The notes under the pieces: model-generated
What the model saw: only the letters and a program-made list of their open reading frames with translations
What the model was told of the DNA's origin: nothing
Database searches by the model: none
Translations under genes and position numbers: made by a program
Part shown: positions 1 to 8,862 of the stretch, piece after piece
Position numbering within the stretch: the stretch's first letter is position 1
How the letters are laid out: each line of letters begins with the position of its first letter
Assembly (NCBI GenBank): GCA_964354495.1
Contig: CAYHAA010000010.1
Location: forward strand, 1 to 32,000
DNA length: 32,000 nucleotides
DNA from: an uncultured archaeon
Lineage (GTDB): Archaea > Asgardarchaeota > Thorarchaeia > Thorarchaeales > Thorarchaeaceae
Reading direction: 5' to 3'

Positions 1-163
1 CTACTGGTGCAGGAGCTACTGGCCTCTCAACAGGCTTGGCTACTGGTGCAGGAGCAGCTGCATGAGCAGCTGGCTTGGTTTCTGGAGCAGGTGCTGACTG
101 CTTCGCCGGTTTCTTCTTGGTAGAAGGCTTGGCAGGAGCTTCACTCTTCTTATCGTCACTCAT
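1..163 (-). CDS. Partial CDS (5' end only), Pro/Ala/Lys-rich low-complexity N-terminus; probable core gene bounding the array
   Basis: Manual translation from ATG at 163: MSDDKKSEAPAKPSTKKKPAKQSAPAPETKPAAHAAAPAPVAKPVERPVAPAPV, open to the window edge; GAGGT about 8 nt upstream; not in the ORF track because truncated. Confidence 0.7.
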   Translation of the reverse strand, partial: MSDDKKSEAPAKPSTKKKPAKQSAPAPETKPAAHAAAPAPVAKPVERPVAPAPV

Positions 164-256
164 ATTGTTTGACCTCAGAAAAACAAACCTCTTCATAAGA
201 GGATGCACCTGATATGACTACCCAGCTATATAGGGTTAGTGATGAAACGAGAATCA

Positions 257-480
257 GTCTATATCCAGCTGTTGTCAACTGATGTTGGAGATTGTATCAT
301 ATATGATACAATAATCGAGCTATTTCCGAACATAGGAGGAGACCCTGAACCTGCAAAGGATGGCCTTTTGTACAAACACATTCCAACGGACTCTGATGTT
401 ATCATGCAGTCCTATCGTTTCACCTCAGGTCAGGAGTTGCACCAGTTCCTGTGACAAGTAAAACGAACATAGCGGCAACT
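257..480 (+). pseudogene. R0: 3' fragment of gene X (no DUF35 arm)
   Basis: VYIQLLS...IYDTIIELFP...PAKDG...VIMQSYRFTSGQELHQFL* aligns by eye with the ORF at 31593 and the R5/R8/R9 fragments; TGA at 452-454 sits where other copies have TGG (W). Confidence 0.75.
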
Positions 481-536
481 CAGTATAGTCAAGAAACGCA
501 CACAAGAGTATTGATTAGGAAGGTAATAGACTTCGT

Positions 537-1916
537 TTGAGGGAAACCGCCTTGGTGGCGCGAGAGCCAATAGTCACATCAATCATTCTGATATTATGTT
601 TGGCAGGATGTTATCCATTCTCGCCAGTGAATCATCAGCTGCAATCAATCGCGCTTGCTGATGAAGAATCTGTTCAGTCTGCCAATACTCATGAGGCAAG
701 TTCCGCAGCAGTAGTCATCGTTAATTCTGATGCCTACTTCAACACGTCAGGTTGGACAGGAAATGGAACCATCGACAATCCATATTTGCTTGCCAACAAG
801 ACGATAGAAGGAGAACGGTGTATTGAGATAGCAGATACGAGATGTCATTTCAGAATCGAGAATTGTACACTGGATGCAGTATACTACGGCATTATTCTTT
901 TCAATGTCACTAATGCTGTTCTGATTGACTGCATAGTGAATTCTGAACAATTATGCATCGCTCTTCTTCTGGTAACAAATGTGAATGTATCGCGAAATTC
1001 GATCTATTCTGGTGAAAGGGGAATTGAAGTGGAGCAGTCCAGTCAATGTGGCATAACCAACAATAGCATTGAGGCATATAGTACTGGACTTAGACTAGAT
1101 TTCTTAAATCAGTGTTACATAGAAAACAATTCGGTATCTTGCCGCATTGAAGAAGACCTGGCCATCTCACATAGTACTAATATCACAATCATCGATAATA
1201 CGTTTCTAGGAGGAATCTGTGGGTTATCATCTCGAGGAAGTCACGACTGCGATGTATTCAATAATACGATAGCCAGCAATGGATACGCAATTCTTGTTCG
1301 CGAATCATCAAACAATTCCATTATCGGCAACCAATTTGGCAGCGTAGAGGGTGAAACAGCTCTTGATGACGGAACTGATAATTCGTGGGACAATGGAATA
1401 TCTGTAGGAAATGCATGGCTTGACTATCAAGGGTCTGGAGAATATCAAATACCTGGATCGGCGAATAGTGTCGACCATTTCCCAACGAAGTTCAACCCAC
1501 CATTTCCGATGGATTTTGATGGCCCAACTATTGATGCGTCTCTCGGTGTTCTTTTTGTGGATTTCATCGATGAACTGCCTACCTCATGGGGATTTTGGGC
1601 CACCGTGAGTGACCCTTCCGGAGTCGACACAGTCATCATAACCGTGAATGGAGAATCTCATGTAATGAGCCATCGACCGACCACTGAGAATCCGGACCTC
1701 TACATCTATGACTATCCCAATCCAAGTTTTATGAGTCATTCCTACTGGGCAAATGATAGTCTAGGCCATTCATCAGCGACCGGAGAGGGCTTTATTTCAC
1801 TGGGTGTTATGCAGGGGCGAAGGCCAGATTCGGGAATGCTATACCTGACAATCGGTGGTTCTCTGGTGTCTATCGTAGCCATTGCTGTGTTGCTACGACG
1901 ACTAAAGCGAAAGTAG
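537..1916 (+). CDS. NosD-like right-handed parallel beta-helix surface protein, copy 1
   Basis: N-terminal hydrophobic segment ending LAGC; GNGTIDNPY motif; periodic I-x-N-N/N-x-I repeats; Ig-like ATVSDPSGVDTVII segment; C-terminal TM plus RRLKRK. Confidence 0.85.
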   Translation: MRETALVAREPIVTSIILILCLAGCYPFSPVNHQLQSIALADEESVQSANTHEASSAAVVIVNSDAYFNTSGWTGNGTIDNPYLLANKTIEGERCIEIADTRCHFRIENCTLDAVYYGIILFNVTNAVLIDCIVNSEQLCIALLLVTNVNVSRNSIYSGERGIEVEQSSQCGITNNSIEAYSTGLRLDFLNQCYIENNSVSCRIEEDLAISHSTNITIIDNTFLGGICGLSSRGSHDCDVFNNTIASNGYAILVRESSNNSIIGNQFGSVEGETALDDGTDNSWDNGISVGNAWLDYQGSGEYQIPGSANSVDHFPTKFNPPFPMDFDGPTIDASLGVLFVDFIDELPTSWGFWATVSDPSGVDTVIITVNGESHVMSHRPTTENPDLYIYDYPNPSFMSHSYWANDSLGHSSATGEGFISLGVMQGRRPDSGMLYLTIGGSLVSIVAIAVLLRRLKRK

Positions 1917-1945
1917 CTGATGCTAATCAGTGATTCATTGTCTGC

Positions 1946-2075
1946 ACGATTTGGAAATTCGCAGAAGGAGAAGAGATTTGGCAACATGAACCAACTCTTT
2001 CGAATAGTAGGCTGCTTCATGTTCTTGACCCATTCATAGACTGGTTCGCATAGTTCCTTCATGCAAGACGCTCTT
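1946..2075. repeat. Junction repeat R1
   Basis: + TGGAAATTCGCAGAA (WKFAE) at 1952; bulged inverted repeat 1972-1998; - strand MKELCEPVYEWVKNMK. Confidence 0.85.
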
Positions 2076-2317
2076 CATTGAGGGGACTTGTCTTTCAATT
2101 CGTATTCGGAGCGCATTTTCTCAAGTCTCTTTCGATCTTCATAGGTCTTGTAAACACCAACAGCTACTGCACAAGGACCAACAGTACGGACTCTGGGTCG
2201 TTTTTTATGGTGTATCCAGATTTTGTCTGTTCTACGAGTTCTTGAGTCTCCACCAATTATCAGGATGAATAATACAGCTGCAAATCCAGCAGAGAGTAGA
2301 ATCAGACCTAATTCCAT
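2075..2317 (-). CDS. Small single-TM protein (80 aa), copy 1
   Basis: MELGLILLSAGFAAVLFILIIGG...; near-identical copy at 18820-19062 with the same length and frame. Confidence 0.7.
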   Translation of the reverse strand: MELGLILLSAGFAAVLFILIIGGDSRTRRTDKIWIHHKKRPRVRTVGPCAVAVGVYKTYEDRKRLEKMRSEYELKDKSPQ

Positions 2318-2350
2318 AAGTGACTGGTACTCTAGAGTAATAAAAACGTC

Positions 2351-2674
2351 ATGAATAAAGCAGAGTTCTATCATCAGAACCCAAATCTGATTGCGGTTGA
2401 TGAATACCGCAGATTTGTCGCATTCTGTTTGCATAGATTGGATCCACTACCAAGTATTGCAGAGATGGAGGCGCAGGGAGTGCATTCAGATTCTAGAAAC
2501 CTGACACTGGAAACAGCCCTCCTCTCAGAGGGTCAAAGGCGAGTAGTAAGACATCAGCCAAATCTGATTTGTGTGGTTGAGATTGATGTATCAGACCCCA
2601 TGAATCAGTTTCTTGAATCTGCAGGCTTCGTTCGAACAGTGACAATAAATCTATGGGGTAAGATAGTTGATTGA
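2351..2674 (+). CDS. Hypothetical ORF, possibly a GNAT-like remnant
   Basis: C-terminal PMNQFLESAGF resembles the GNAT motif A/B end; otherwise unsupported. Confidence 0.25.
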   Translation: MNKAEFYHQNPNLIAVDEYRRFVAFCLHRLDPLPSIAEMEAQGVHSDSRNLTLETALLSEGQRRVVRHQPNLICVVEIDVSDPMNQFLESAGFVRTVTINLWGKIVD

Positions 2675-2747
2675 GCGGAATTGCAAATGAAAAAAAAAGA
2701 TGAAAACAATCTGAGGGGTTTTTCATTCAGCTCTTTCATGTTGAGAA

Positions 2748-3152
2748 TCAAATAGGATCTATCACATCGATTTCAGGCACACGATTGAAGGCTTGATCGT
2801 GAGTCATGAGCTCACTTATTCCCTCAATTGACATGGTTGCCAAAATTGTGGCATCTCGTCCACCAATTCCAAGATGAGTGAATTCACCAAGTTTCGTCAG
2901 TGTCAAATCAACTATTTCCTCATATATGCCATAAAGTGGCATCCCATAGCTCAGAAAGACTCTTGCCTTCTTTGTTCCCTCAAGAGAGCCCAAACGTTTC
3001 ACAAGATAGTGTAAAGTTTCAACAACGATGGTCGCATTGACTGCTGCTTGATTCTTCTTCAATGCGGCCTCAACAGGTTTGATGACTTTACTATGTTCTG
3101 GAAGACTTGCATCAAAGTAGTACGCCCAGATGTTGCTGTCTATGAGCATCAT
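2748..3152 (-). CDS. vapC: PIN-domain VapC toxin
   Basis: MLIDSNIW N-terminal PIN motif, VVETL, GGRDATILA, LMTHDQAF; ATGA overlap with the upstream antitoxin. Confidence 0.9.
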   Translation of the reverse strand: MMLIDSNIWAYYFDASLPEHSKVIKPVEAALKKNQAAVNATIVVETLHYLVKRLGSLEGTKKARVFLSYGMPLYGIYEEIVDLTLTKLGEFTHLGIGGRDATILATMSIEGISELMTHDQAFNRVPEIDVIDPI

Positions 3153-3382
3153 GGTACTGCTCTCCAGATCTCCCTTAGCCGTAGTGGATCAACGTCACCC
3201 TTCACACTGATACACCCTCGGAGTTCTGTGATGAAGTCACTCAAATCAATGGCCTTCTCAATCTTTACTCCATTCTTCCCCGCGGTTATGCGTACGCGAG
3301 CTTTTGGCTTGAGACCTGTCTTTTCACGTAGTTCTTTTGGAATGGTCACTCTTCCTCGTTCGTCTATCTCTTCTATGCCCAT
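3149..3382 (-). CDS. vapB: AbrB/MazE/SpoVT-family antitoxin (VapB)
   Basis: IDERGRVTIPKELREKTGLKP AbrB signature; coupled to vapC. Confidence 0.88.
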   Translation of the reverse strand: MGIEEIDERGRVTIPKELREKTGLKPKARVRITAGKNGVKIEKAIDLSDFITELRGCISVKGDVDPLRLREIWRAVP

Positions 3383-3434
3383 TTGATTACCCACACCCAC
3401 TCATATTCCAACAGTTATCAATCTTGCGGCTGTG

Positions 3435-3530
3435 CGGAAGTTCCCTGAAAAGAAAAGATGATGAGCCGGTTGTCGCAGACTTCCATCTCATTCAAGCAAC
3501 CATATCATTTCATGGTCTTGGCCCATTTGA
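3435..3530. repeat. Junction repeat R2 (eroded)
   Basis: + CGGAAGTTCCCTGAA (WKFxE-like); degenerate GAGCCGG-N13-CCATCTC at 3463-3489; - strand KWAKTMK* at 3506-3530. Confidence 0.7.
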
Positions 3531-3596
3531 AGACATAATCGAACGAATTCCACCAAGATTATTACCGAAAGGAATCTTAGAACTTGTGGGAGTTCC

Positions 3597-4217
3597 ATGA
3601 AGACATACCTAGGTACTGGCATTTCTTTTATAATCGTCGTGATGTTGGCGTCACCACTTTCAAACGTGGGAGCACCTATTGCAAACAATCACACGTCTCC
3701 ACTATCCATCTTTCATGAGTGCCAATCCTCGGGCCCTTCGTTCGACCTTACGCTCTTGCCTGCTTTTGCAGATCTAGTTCCCGGTACTGAACCTGTGAAC
3801 TTGACTCTTGAACTCAGAGTTGGAGTGACAGATCCTGATGGTGTGAGTGTGGTCATCGGAAGTTACAAGAATCATTCGAGCAGCGAGTGGGCCAATGTCT
3901 CAATGAGTCGAGATGCTTCTACAGGTAATCCAGATGACTTTGTGGCATGGCCTCTCAATTACATGATTATTGAACCATCCTTTGTATTCATCTGGGACAT
4001 CAAATTTCATGCAAATGATACTCTAGGCATTTGGAACGCCTCTGAATTGCGTCAGATTTCGATATGCAGACAAGGCGCTACAGGTACCACAACTGATTTC
4101 CCCTTTGTTCCACTTGTCATGGCTGCAGGTTCTGTGGCTGTAATTCTGCCAGTACTCTACTTGGCGTATCGACGAAGAGCAGTTGTGCGGTCCGTCGGTA
4201 CAGAGAATTCAGACTAA
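3597..4217 (+). CDS. Secreted/membrane-anchored protein with Ig-like domain
   Basis: N-terminal signal, VGVTDPDGVSVV segment similar to the NosD C-terminal domain, C-terminal TM plus YRRR. Confidence 0.75.
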   Translation: MKTYLGTGISFIIVVMLASPLSNVGAPIANNHTSPLSIFHECQSSGPSFDLTLLPAFADLVPGTEPVNLTLELRVGVTDPDGVSVVIGSYKNHSSSEWANVSMSRDASTGNPDDFVAWPLNYMIIEPSFVFIWDIKFHANDTLGIWNASELRQISICRQGATGTTTDFPFVPLVMAAGSVAVILPVLYLAYRRRAVVRSVGTENSD

Positions 4218-4303
4218 AAGAAGAAAGAGAGAGTCGGCAGGAACTGCCAACTCAGGTGATCTCTGATTCCATTTCATTGTCTTGACCCAATCATAGACAG
4301 GCA
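4218..4303. repeat. Junction repeat R3
   Basis: Hairpin GAGTCGGCAG-GAA-CTGCCAACTC at 4231-4253; - strand PVYDWVKTMK. Confidence 0.8.
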
Positions 4304-4563
4304 CACGTTGAGTGACATGAGTCTTCTCTGGCACATCATCTTCTAGTCGTAAACGATGCCAAATACGTGTGTCTGGTTTTACGATGTTCCAACCCATTAC
4401 TCCTCACGATTGTCATCATTTCTTAGTGTTATGATTTGGGATTCCATATAGACAACAGATAACGCATGTATAACCGTGAGCTTGGTTTCATGTCCAGTCC
4501 TCTCAAGACTCCATTGAAAGACCTACGTAGGCGAGTTGGCATAAGTTCGCTGGTGATGGCGAC

Positions 4564-4779
4564 TCAATTATCACATTCTAGAACATGCTCTTTCCGTTTC
4601 AATAGTTTGACTGCAATTACCAAGTTAATCAAGCCCCAAAGCATGGCTTGGAAGCCTATTCCTTGGAGAAGAAGAACAAAAGAGAAGAAATACAGTGGAA
4701 TGCCAACTATGATACTTGCAATACACCAGATTAGCAGCGTATTTCCGAGTGTCTTGTTGAGATTCTCAATAGAAGTCAA
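4564..4779 (-). CDS. Small membrane protein, possibly truncated
   Basis: AGGAGG upstream of the TTG start; two hydrophobic helices (LLIWCIASIIVG; GIGFQAMLWGLINLVIA). Confidence 0.55.
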   Translation of the reverse strand: MTSIENLNKTLGNTLLIWCIASIIVGIPLYFFSFVLLLQGIGFQAMLWGLINLVIAVKLLKRKEHVLECDN

Positions 4780-4867
4780 GAGCTTCGCCTCCTGAATGGT
4801 AACTTGGTTTTCATATCTAAGTTTGTCGTAATGGTCTCCAACTCATTCAGCTCATTGATTCGTACAA

Positions 4868-5108
4868 ACATGGAAAAGATGCAAATTGGAAGTCTGAATG
4901 AGAAAAGGAAGAAGGATGAACTGGTTGTCGCGTGACTCACAGCCAGTTCACATTTAGATCGTTTCATGGTCTTGACCCATTCGATGACCGGCTGACAGAG
5001 TTCTTTGATTCGCTCTTTCTCGGGGGTCATCAGACCGGGCTTCCAGCCATCTGCTGGTTCGAACCACCAGTCTGTAACGATACTCTGCTGTTGGTCCCTT
5101 GGTCTTCA
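4868..5108. repeat. Junction repeat R4
   Basis: + HGKDANWKSE*; 12-bp stem at 4917-4950; - strand RPRDQQQSIVTDWWFEPADGWKPGLMTPEKERIKELCQPVIEWVKTMK. Confidence 0.9.
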
Positions 5109-5215
5109 TTCTATTCTGGCGCATAAAAGAATTCCAGAAATATATTGGAAACCTGATTATCCGATTAGGCTAATCAGGTATCCATGAGATAGCAAAGTAC
5201 TATTGGAATATGACT

Positions 5216-6040
5216 CTAGAAAGGAGCAAATATCCCTGCAAATACAATCCAAGCTAGTAGGGTCTTTGCAACAAGACTCAGCACTATATACATCCGTTCT
5301 CCATAGAGATAGTCTTTCCACTTGCTAACCTTCTTGTACTGAAGTACCATGTTCAGTGCGAAGATATTGAAGAGGAAGAAGTACATGAAGATTATAATGT
5401 ACACAAATGTTGGGGGTCCAGTTTCTGCAGCACCTATCGCTGCAGCAAAGTATCCAGACAGCACGAGCCAAGGTGTGAATCCAGCAATACATCCTAAGAT
5501 GAAAGGGCTCCATATAGTCTTCTCAGTGTATTGATTGACTAGCTCCATAAGATAACCAAACATTATCATCATGGTATTTAGAACTACAATCATCACCAAT
5601 GACCATAGATCCCAAATTCCTAATAGAAAAGTGATAAGAAAGATCATCACTGAACTTGACACCGAGTATTCATACCATCGATACGGATTCATTCCCTTCT
5701 GAAGCTTCGCGACATATTTGTCATTTAATGGATATGCAATCAGAAAGTGTGCTAATGCAGACATCAATGGAAATGATGCCAGAATGACACCGATGTTCGT
5801 CAATGTGAACAAGACCGCAGGCGTTGGTTGAACAAGAAACTCGAAGGGGTCTAGGCTGACAATTTCAAAATCCAGATAGATTGTATAGATATCCTGCTCC
5901 CATGCAAGGGTCAAGCCCAAGAAGAGCATCAATATTCCAGTTATTAGATGAAGCACTCCGGCATAGAGATTGAACTTTTTCAGATATGAGAAAGAAATCG
6001 GTGAGCCAGAAGACTTCTCCATCATCTCATCCACAGTCAT
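5216..6040 (-). CDS. Heliorhodopsin
   Basis: Seven-TM pattern; GVLHLITG and ALAHFL (conserved His residues), NPYRWYEYSVSSSVM helix C, LSLVAKTLLAW retinal-binding Lys motif. Confidence 0.93.
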   Translation of the reverse strand: MTVDEMMEKSSGSPISFSYLKKFNLYAGVLHLITGILMLFLGLTLAWEQDIYTIYLDFEIVSLDPFEFLVQPTPAVLFTLTNIGVILASFPLMSALAHFLIAYPLNDKYVAKLQKGMNPYRWYEYSVSSSVMIFLITFLLGIWDLWSLVMIVVLNTMMIMFGYLMELVNQYTEKTIWSPFILGCIAGFTPWLVLSGYFAAAIGAAETGPPTFVYIIIFMYFFLFNIFALNMVLQYKKVSKWKDYLYGERMYIVLSLVAKTLLAWIVFAGIFAPF

Positions 6041-6189
6041 AGTAATCGCTAATATAACGCAGAGATGAAATATTAATCCAATGGTATGCTTAAATTCTGT
6101 TAAGATAATCTCGACTTGGTCACTGAAAAGAGAAGCCCAAATCTCACTTGGTTACAGACATCTTGCCAACAGAATTCTTCGTTTTCTTT

Positions 6190-6551
6190 TTCTAGGATTT
6201 GAAAATTGCAGTCTATACTTTGCATCATGTATATCGAATCTTGCATCCGAAGGCAGCCATATGATATACCATGATTCGATTTACGATGTGATGATTGAGC
6301 CATTTCCAGATTATGAGCACGATTTCAGGCCTGCAAAAGGTATCGTTTCATACATGTAGTTTCTGATGGCTTGTGACGGGATAATTCAGAAATATCGATT
6401 CACCTCATATCAAGAATTACATTGGCTTCTTCATCATGGAAAAAGGACCAATTGGAAGTTTGAGTAAAAAGAAGAGAGAGGAGTAGGCATGCAGAGCCAA
6501 CTCTGCAATGGATAATATTATTTCATAGTCTTGATCCATTCAGTGACGGTT
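6190..6551. repeat. Junction repeat R5 with a long gene X pseudogene arm (6190-6467)
   Basis: + ENCSLYFASCISNLASEGSHMIYHDSIYDVMIEPFP...SYM*FLMACDGIIQKYRFTSYQELHWLLHHGKRTNWKFE* (one internal TAG at 6357); inverted repeat 6481-6503; - strand VTEWIKTMK*. Confidence 0.9.
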
Positions 6552-6610
6552 TACGTTGTTCGAACGATTGATGTCTGAGAGGAATCCAAAATCCCTCGAG
6601 GCAAACTGAG

Positions 6611-7396
6611 TTGATAGTAGACTTACCAGCTGGACTTAGAGAATCTGGTGCAATCGGAGTCAGAGAAAGACTCGGAACTATCTCTGGCGGAGATATCCTC
6701 GATGTAGGCACAGAAGAGGGCGACTTCATTACCACGTTGATGAAGACTCTGAGGGGATACAACTCATTCGTAGGAATAGACATCTCAGCAGATGACTTGA
6801 AGAAAGCAAGAGAGCGATTCAAAGACGCTCTAGTGGATTTGATGGAAATGAATGCTGAAACGATGTCATTTCCCGACAATCATTTTGATACAGTGTGTAT
6901 CTCATACTCAATCCATCACCTAAGGAATATTGATACTGTACTAGCTGAGATGTATCGCGTGTTGAGACCCGGAGGCAATTTCATCATCCAGGAATTGTAT
7001 TCTGATGGGGAACAGACTGAGGCTCAGCGATTGGACAGGGATATACATAATCTGAATGTAAGGATCGATACCATCTTAGGCATCCCTCATTTCAAGGCTT
7101 TAACTCGTCAGAGATTAAGAGACTCAGTCAACAAGGTAGGTCTGAGTGCTGTAGAGATCTATGAGTCCTCATGGTCTGTCAAATGCCTATTCTGTGAAGA
7201 TGCACCCGATTGTGAAGACCCGCTCAGGAAGGAGCATGTCGACTTAGTAACAAAGGAGATTGATGCTGATTTGGCTCGAATAAGTGATCATCCGTCTTAT
7301 GATGAATTGAGTAAAGAGGGAGAATCGCTCAAAGAGAGAGTCAGAGTTACAGGGTCATCTGCAGCATCTGTGATGTATTTCTTCGGAAAGAAGTAG
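6611..7396 (+). CDS. Class I SAM-dependent methyltransferase, copy 1
   Basis: ILDVGTEEG motif I, GIDIS, FPDNHFDTV, YRVLRPGG; C-terminal CLFC-x4-C. Confidence 0.9.
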   Translation: MIVDLPAGLRESGAIGVRERLGTISGGDILDVGTEEGDFITTLMKTLRGYNSFVGIDISADDLKKARERFKDALVDLMEMNAETMSFPDNHFDTVCISYSIHHLRNIDTVLAEMYRVLRPGGNFIIQELYSDGEQTEAQRLDRDIHNLNVRIDTILGIPHFKALTRQRLRDSVNKVGLSAVEIYESSWSVKCLFCEDAPDCEDPLRKEHVDLVTKEIDADLARISDHPSYDELSKEGESLKERVRVTGSSAASVMYFFGKK

Positions 7397-7424
7397 TGTC
7401 AAAACGAAATCCAAGTCAGTGCTT

Positions 7425-7625
7425 TTCAGGTTTCATGCCAAGAGTTGCACGAATTCCTCTGGCAGGGCAAAGATACAGAGTGGACATTTGAAGAAAAATG
7501 AAGGAATGAGGGGAAAAATATCGTTCTTCCCACTTGTTCAGTATGGAATTACTTCATCGTCTGGACCCATTCATAGACAGGTTCGCATAATTCCTTCATA
7601 CGCTCTTTCTCGTGGGTCATTGAAC
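7425..7625. repeat. Junction repeat R6
   Basis: + QELHEFLWQGKDTEWTFEEK*; - strand MTHEKERMKELCEPVYEWVQTMK*. Confidence 0.9.
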
Positions 7626-7706
7626 CAAGTTCTCGGCTGTTTGAAGGCCAAGAACAATATTTGGATGAGATTAATAGACTCTATGAGGAATCTGAGTCTG
7701 ATACCC

Positions 7707-7868
7707 ATGTTATTTACTGCGGTCATTTCGCGCGAGGGAAGACTTTACGTAGCTCTTGCACCTGATGTGGATGTAGCAAGTCAAGGGGAAACAATCGAAG
7801 AAGCCCTTGCTAATCTCAAGGAAGCCTTAGAGCTGTATTTCGAGGACGATGACACCATTGACTCATAG
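7707..7868 (+). CDS. hicB: HicB-family (UPF0150) antitoxin-like protein, orphan
   Basis: MLFTAVISREGRLYVALAPDVDVASQGETIEEALANLKEALELYFE; the longer track ORF 7419-7868 is run-on through R6. Confidence 0.8.
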   Translation: MLFTAVISREGRLYVALAPDVDVASQGETIEEALANLKEALELYFEDDDTIDS

Positions 7869-7870
7869 AT

Positions 7871-8263
7871 TCAGTTGGATGTTCCTTTCAAATAATTCTG
7901 GATTGCTCTAACAAACTCCGGAGCATCAACTAAGAGGGAATCAATTGATTTCCATACTATTTTGAAATCGATATCTAGATACTGATGCACCAACACGTTT
8001 CTCATCGCAACCACCTTTTGCAGATTCGAAGAAAGACTAGCAGAGATGATGTGATTATTAGCCAGAATCTCTATTGTGCCCTTGTAGGTGTCGCTTATCC
8101 CGTAGTGTTTCTGAGCTACGACATGACTGCAGATATCGATTATGGATTGGGCTATGGTTTCAATAGCTCTTGCTGTCGATCTCAGGCTCTTCCCATCACT
8201 TAGAAATTCCTTGCGATTCTGTTTCTTGATTGTCTTTAGGAATTCAACCTCCTCCAGAATCAT
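7871..8263 (-). CDS. HEPN/DUF86 (HepT-like) RNase toxin
   Basis: AIETIAQSIIDICSH and RNVLVHQY (Rx4H); frame is open upstream to a CTG at 8302 preceded by AGGAGG, so the true start is probably earlier. Confidence 0.88.
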   Translation of the reverse strand: MILEEVEFLKTIKKQNRKEFLSDGKSLRSTARAIETIAQSIIDICSHVVAQKHYGISDTYKGTIEILANNHIISASLSSNLQKVVAMRNVLVHQYLDIDFKIVWKSIDSLLVDAPEFVRAIQNYLKGTSN

Positions 8264-8291
8264 TGCCAGCCTTCGTTCGACAACAACTGTA

Positions 8292-8720
8292 TCAAGTCCC
8301 AGTCTGAATGCCTCCTAAGGTCTCTTTGAGTAGACGTTGCTCAAAAATACGATAATCAGGATAATGTATGAGGACTTCTTCGATGAAATCAGACCAAGAA
8401 TCATCATCCTTCTGAAAAAGCACGACACCATCCCTTGCGATTCGATATCGTAGAGCCCAGTTTGCATCCTCTATGAGAACAACATCAACTGCAAGGGCGG
8501 GTCCTTCCAATTCGGAGATGATCTGAAGTCGGAGATTGAATCGCTTCTCTCCGTCCTTCTCTGTTGTACCAATAGCAATATCGAGATCGCTGTGTTCGGA
8601 GTGGTCACCACGGGCCCTGGAACCAAACAATACAATGAGACTGATACTATCTGGCGCAACCTCCAGAACTCTCTGCGCAATCTCATTGTGGTCGAGCGTT
8701 GGAAACCCCTCTTGGTTGTT
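8292..8720 (-). CDS. Minimal nucleotidyltransferase (MntA-like antitoxin), start uncertain
   Basis: VLFGSRARGDHSEHSDLDIAI motif and VDVVL; frame open to 8720 without an ATG; adjacent to the HEPN gene. Confidence 0.85.
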   Translation of the reverse strand, partial: NNQEGFPTLDHNEIAQRVLEVAPDSISLIVLFGSRARGDHSEHSDLDIAIGTTEKDGEKRFNLRLQIISELEGPALAVDVVLIEDANWALRYRIARDGVVLFQKDDDSWSDFIEEVLIHYPDYRIFEQRLLKETLGGIQTGT

Positions 8721-8862
8721 TCAAGCAATGGTACATCAAGTTCAACATATAAACTCAAAGGTGTTTCATATTTCATTAATCTAGAAAACCTAGTATGATC
8801 TGCTATCTTGCGCTAAACGCTCTTCATTATAGTGCACAATGGAGAGAATATGATGAATAATA

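Noticed and set aside
1-55. Direct repeat CTACTGGTGCAGGAGC at 1-16 and 40-55
   Set aside because: Explained by the APAPV low-complexity coding repeat.
6607-6640. Selenocysteine readthrough of the TGA upstream of the methyltransferase
   Set aside because: Readthrough in that frame meets a TAG within about 10 codons and does not join the methyltransferase frame.
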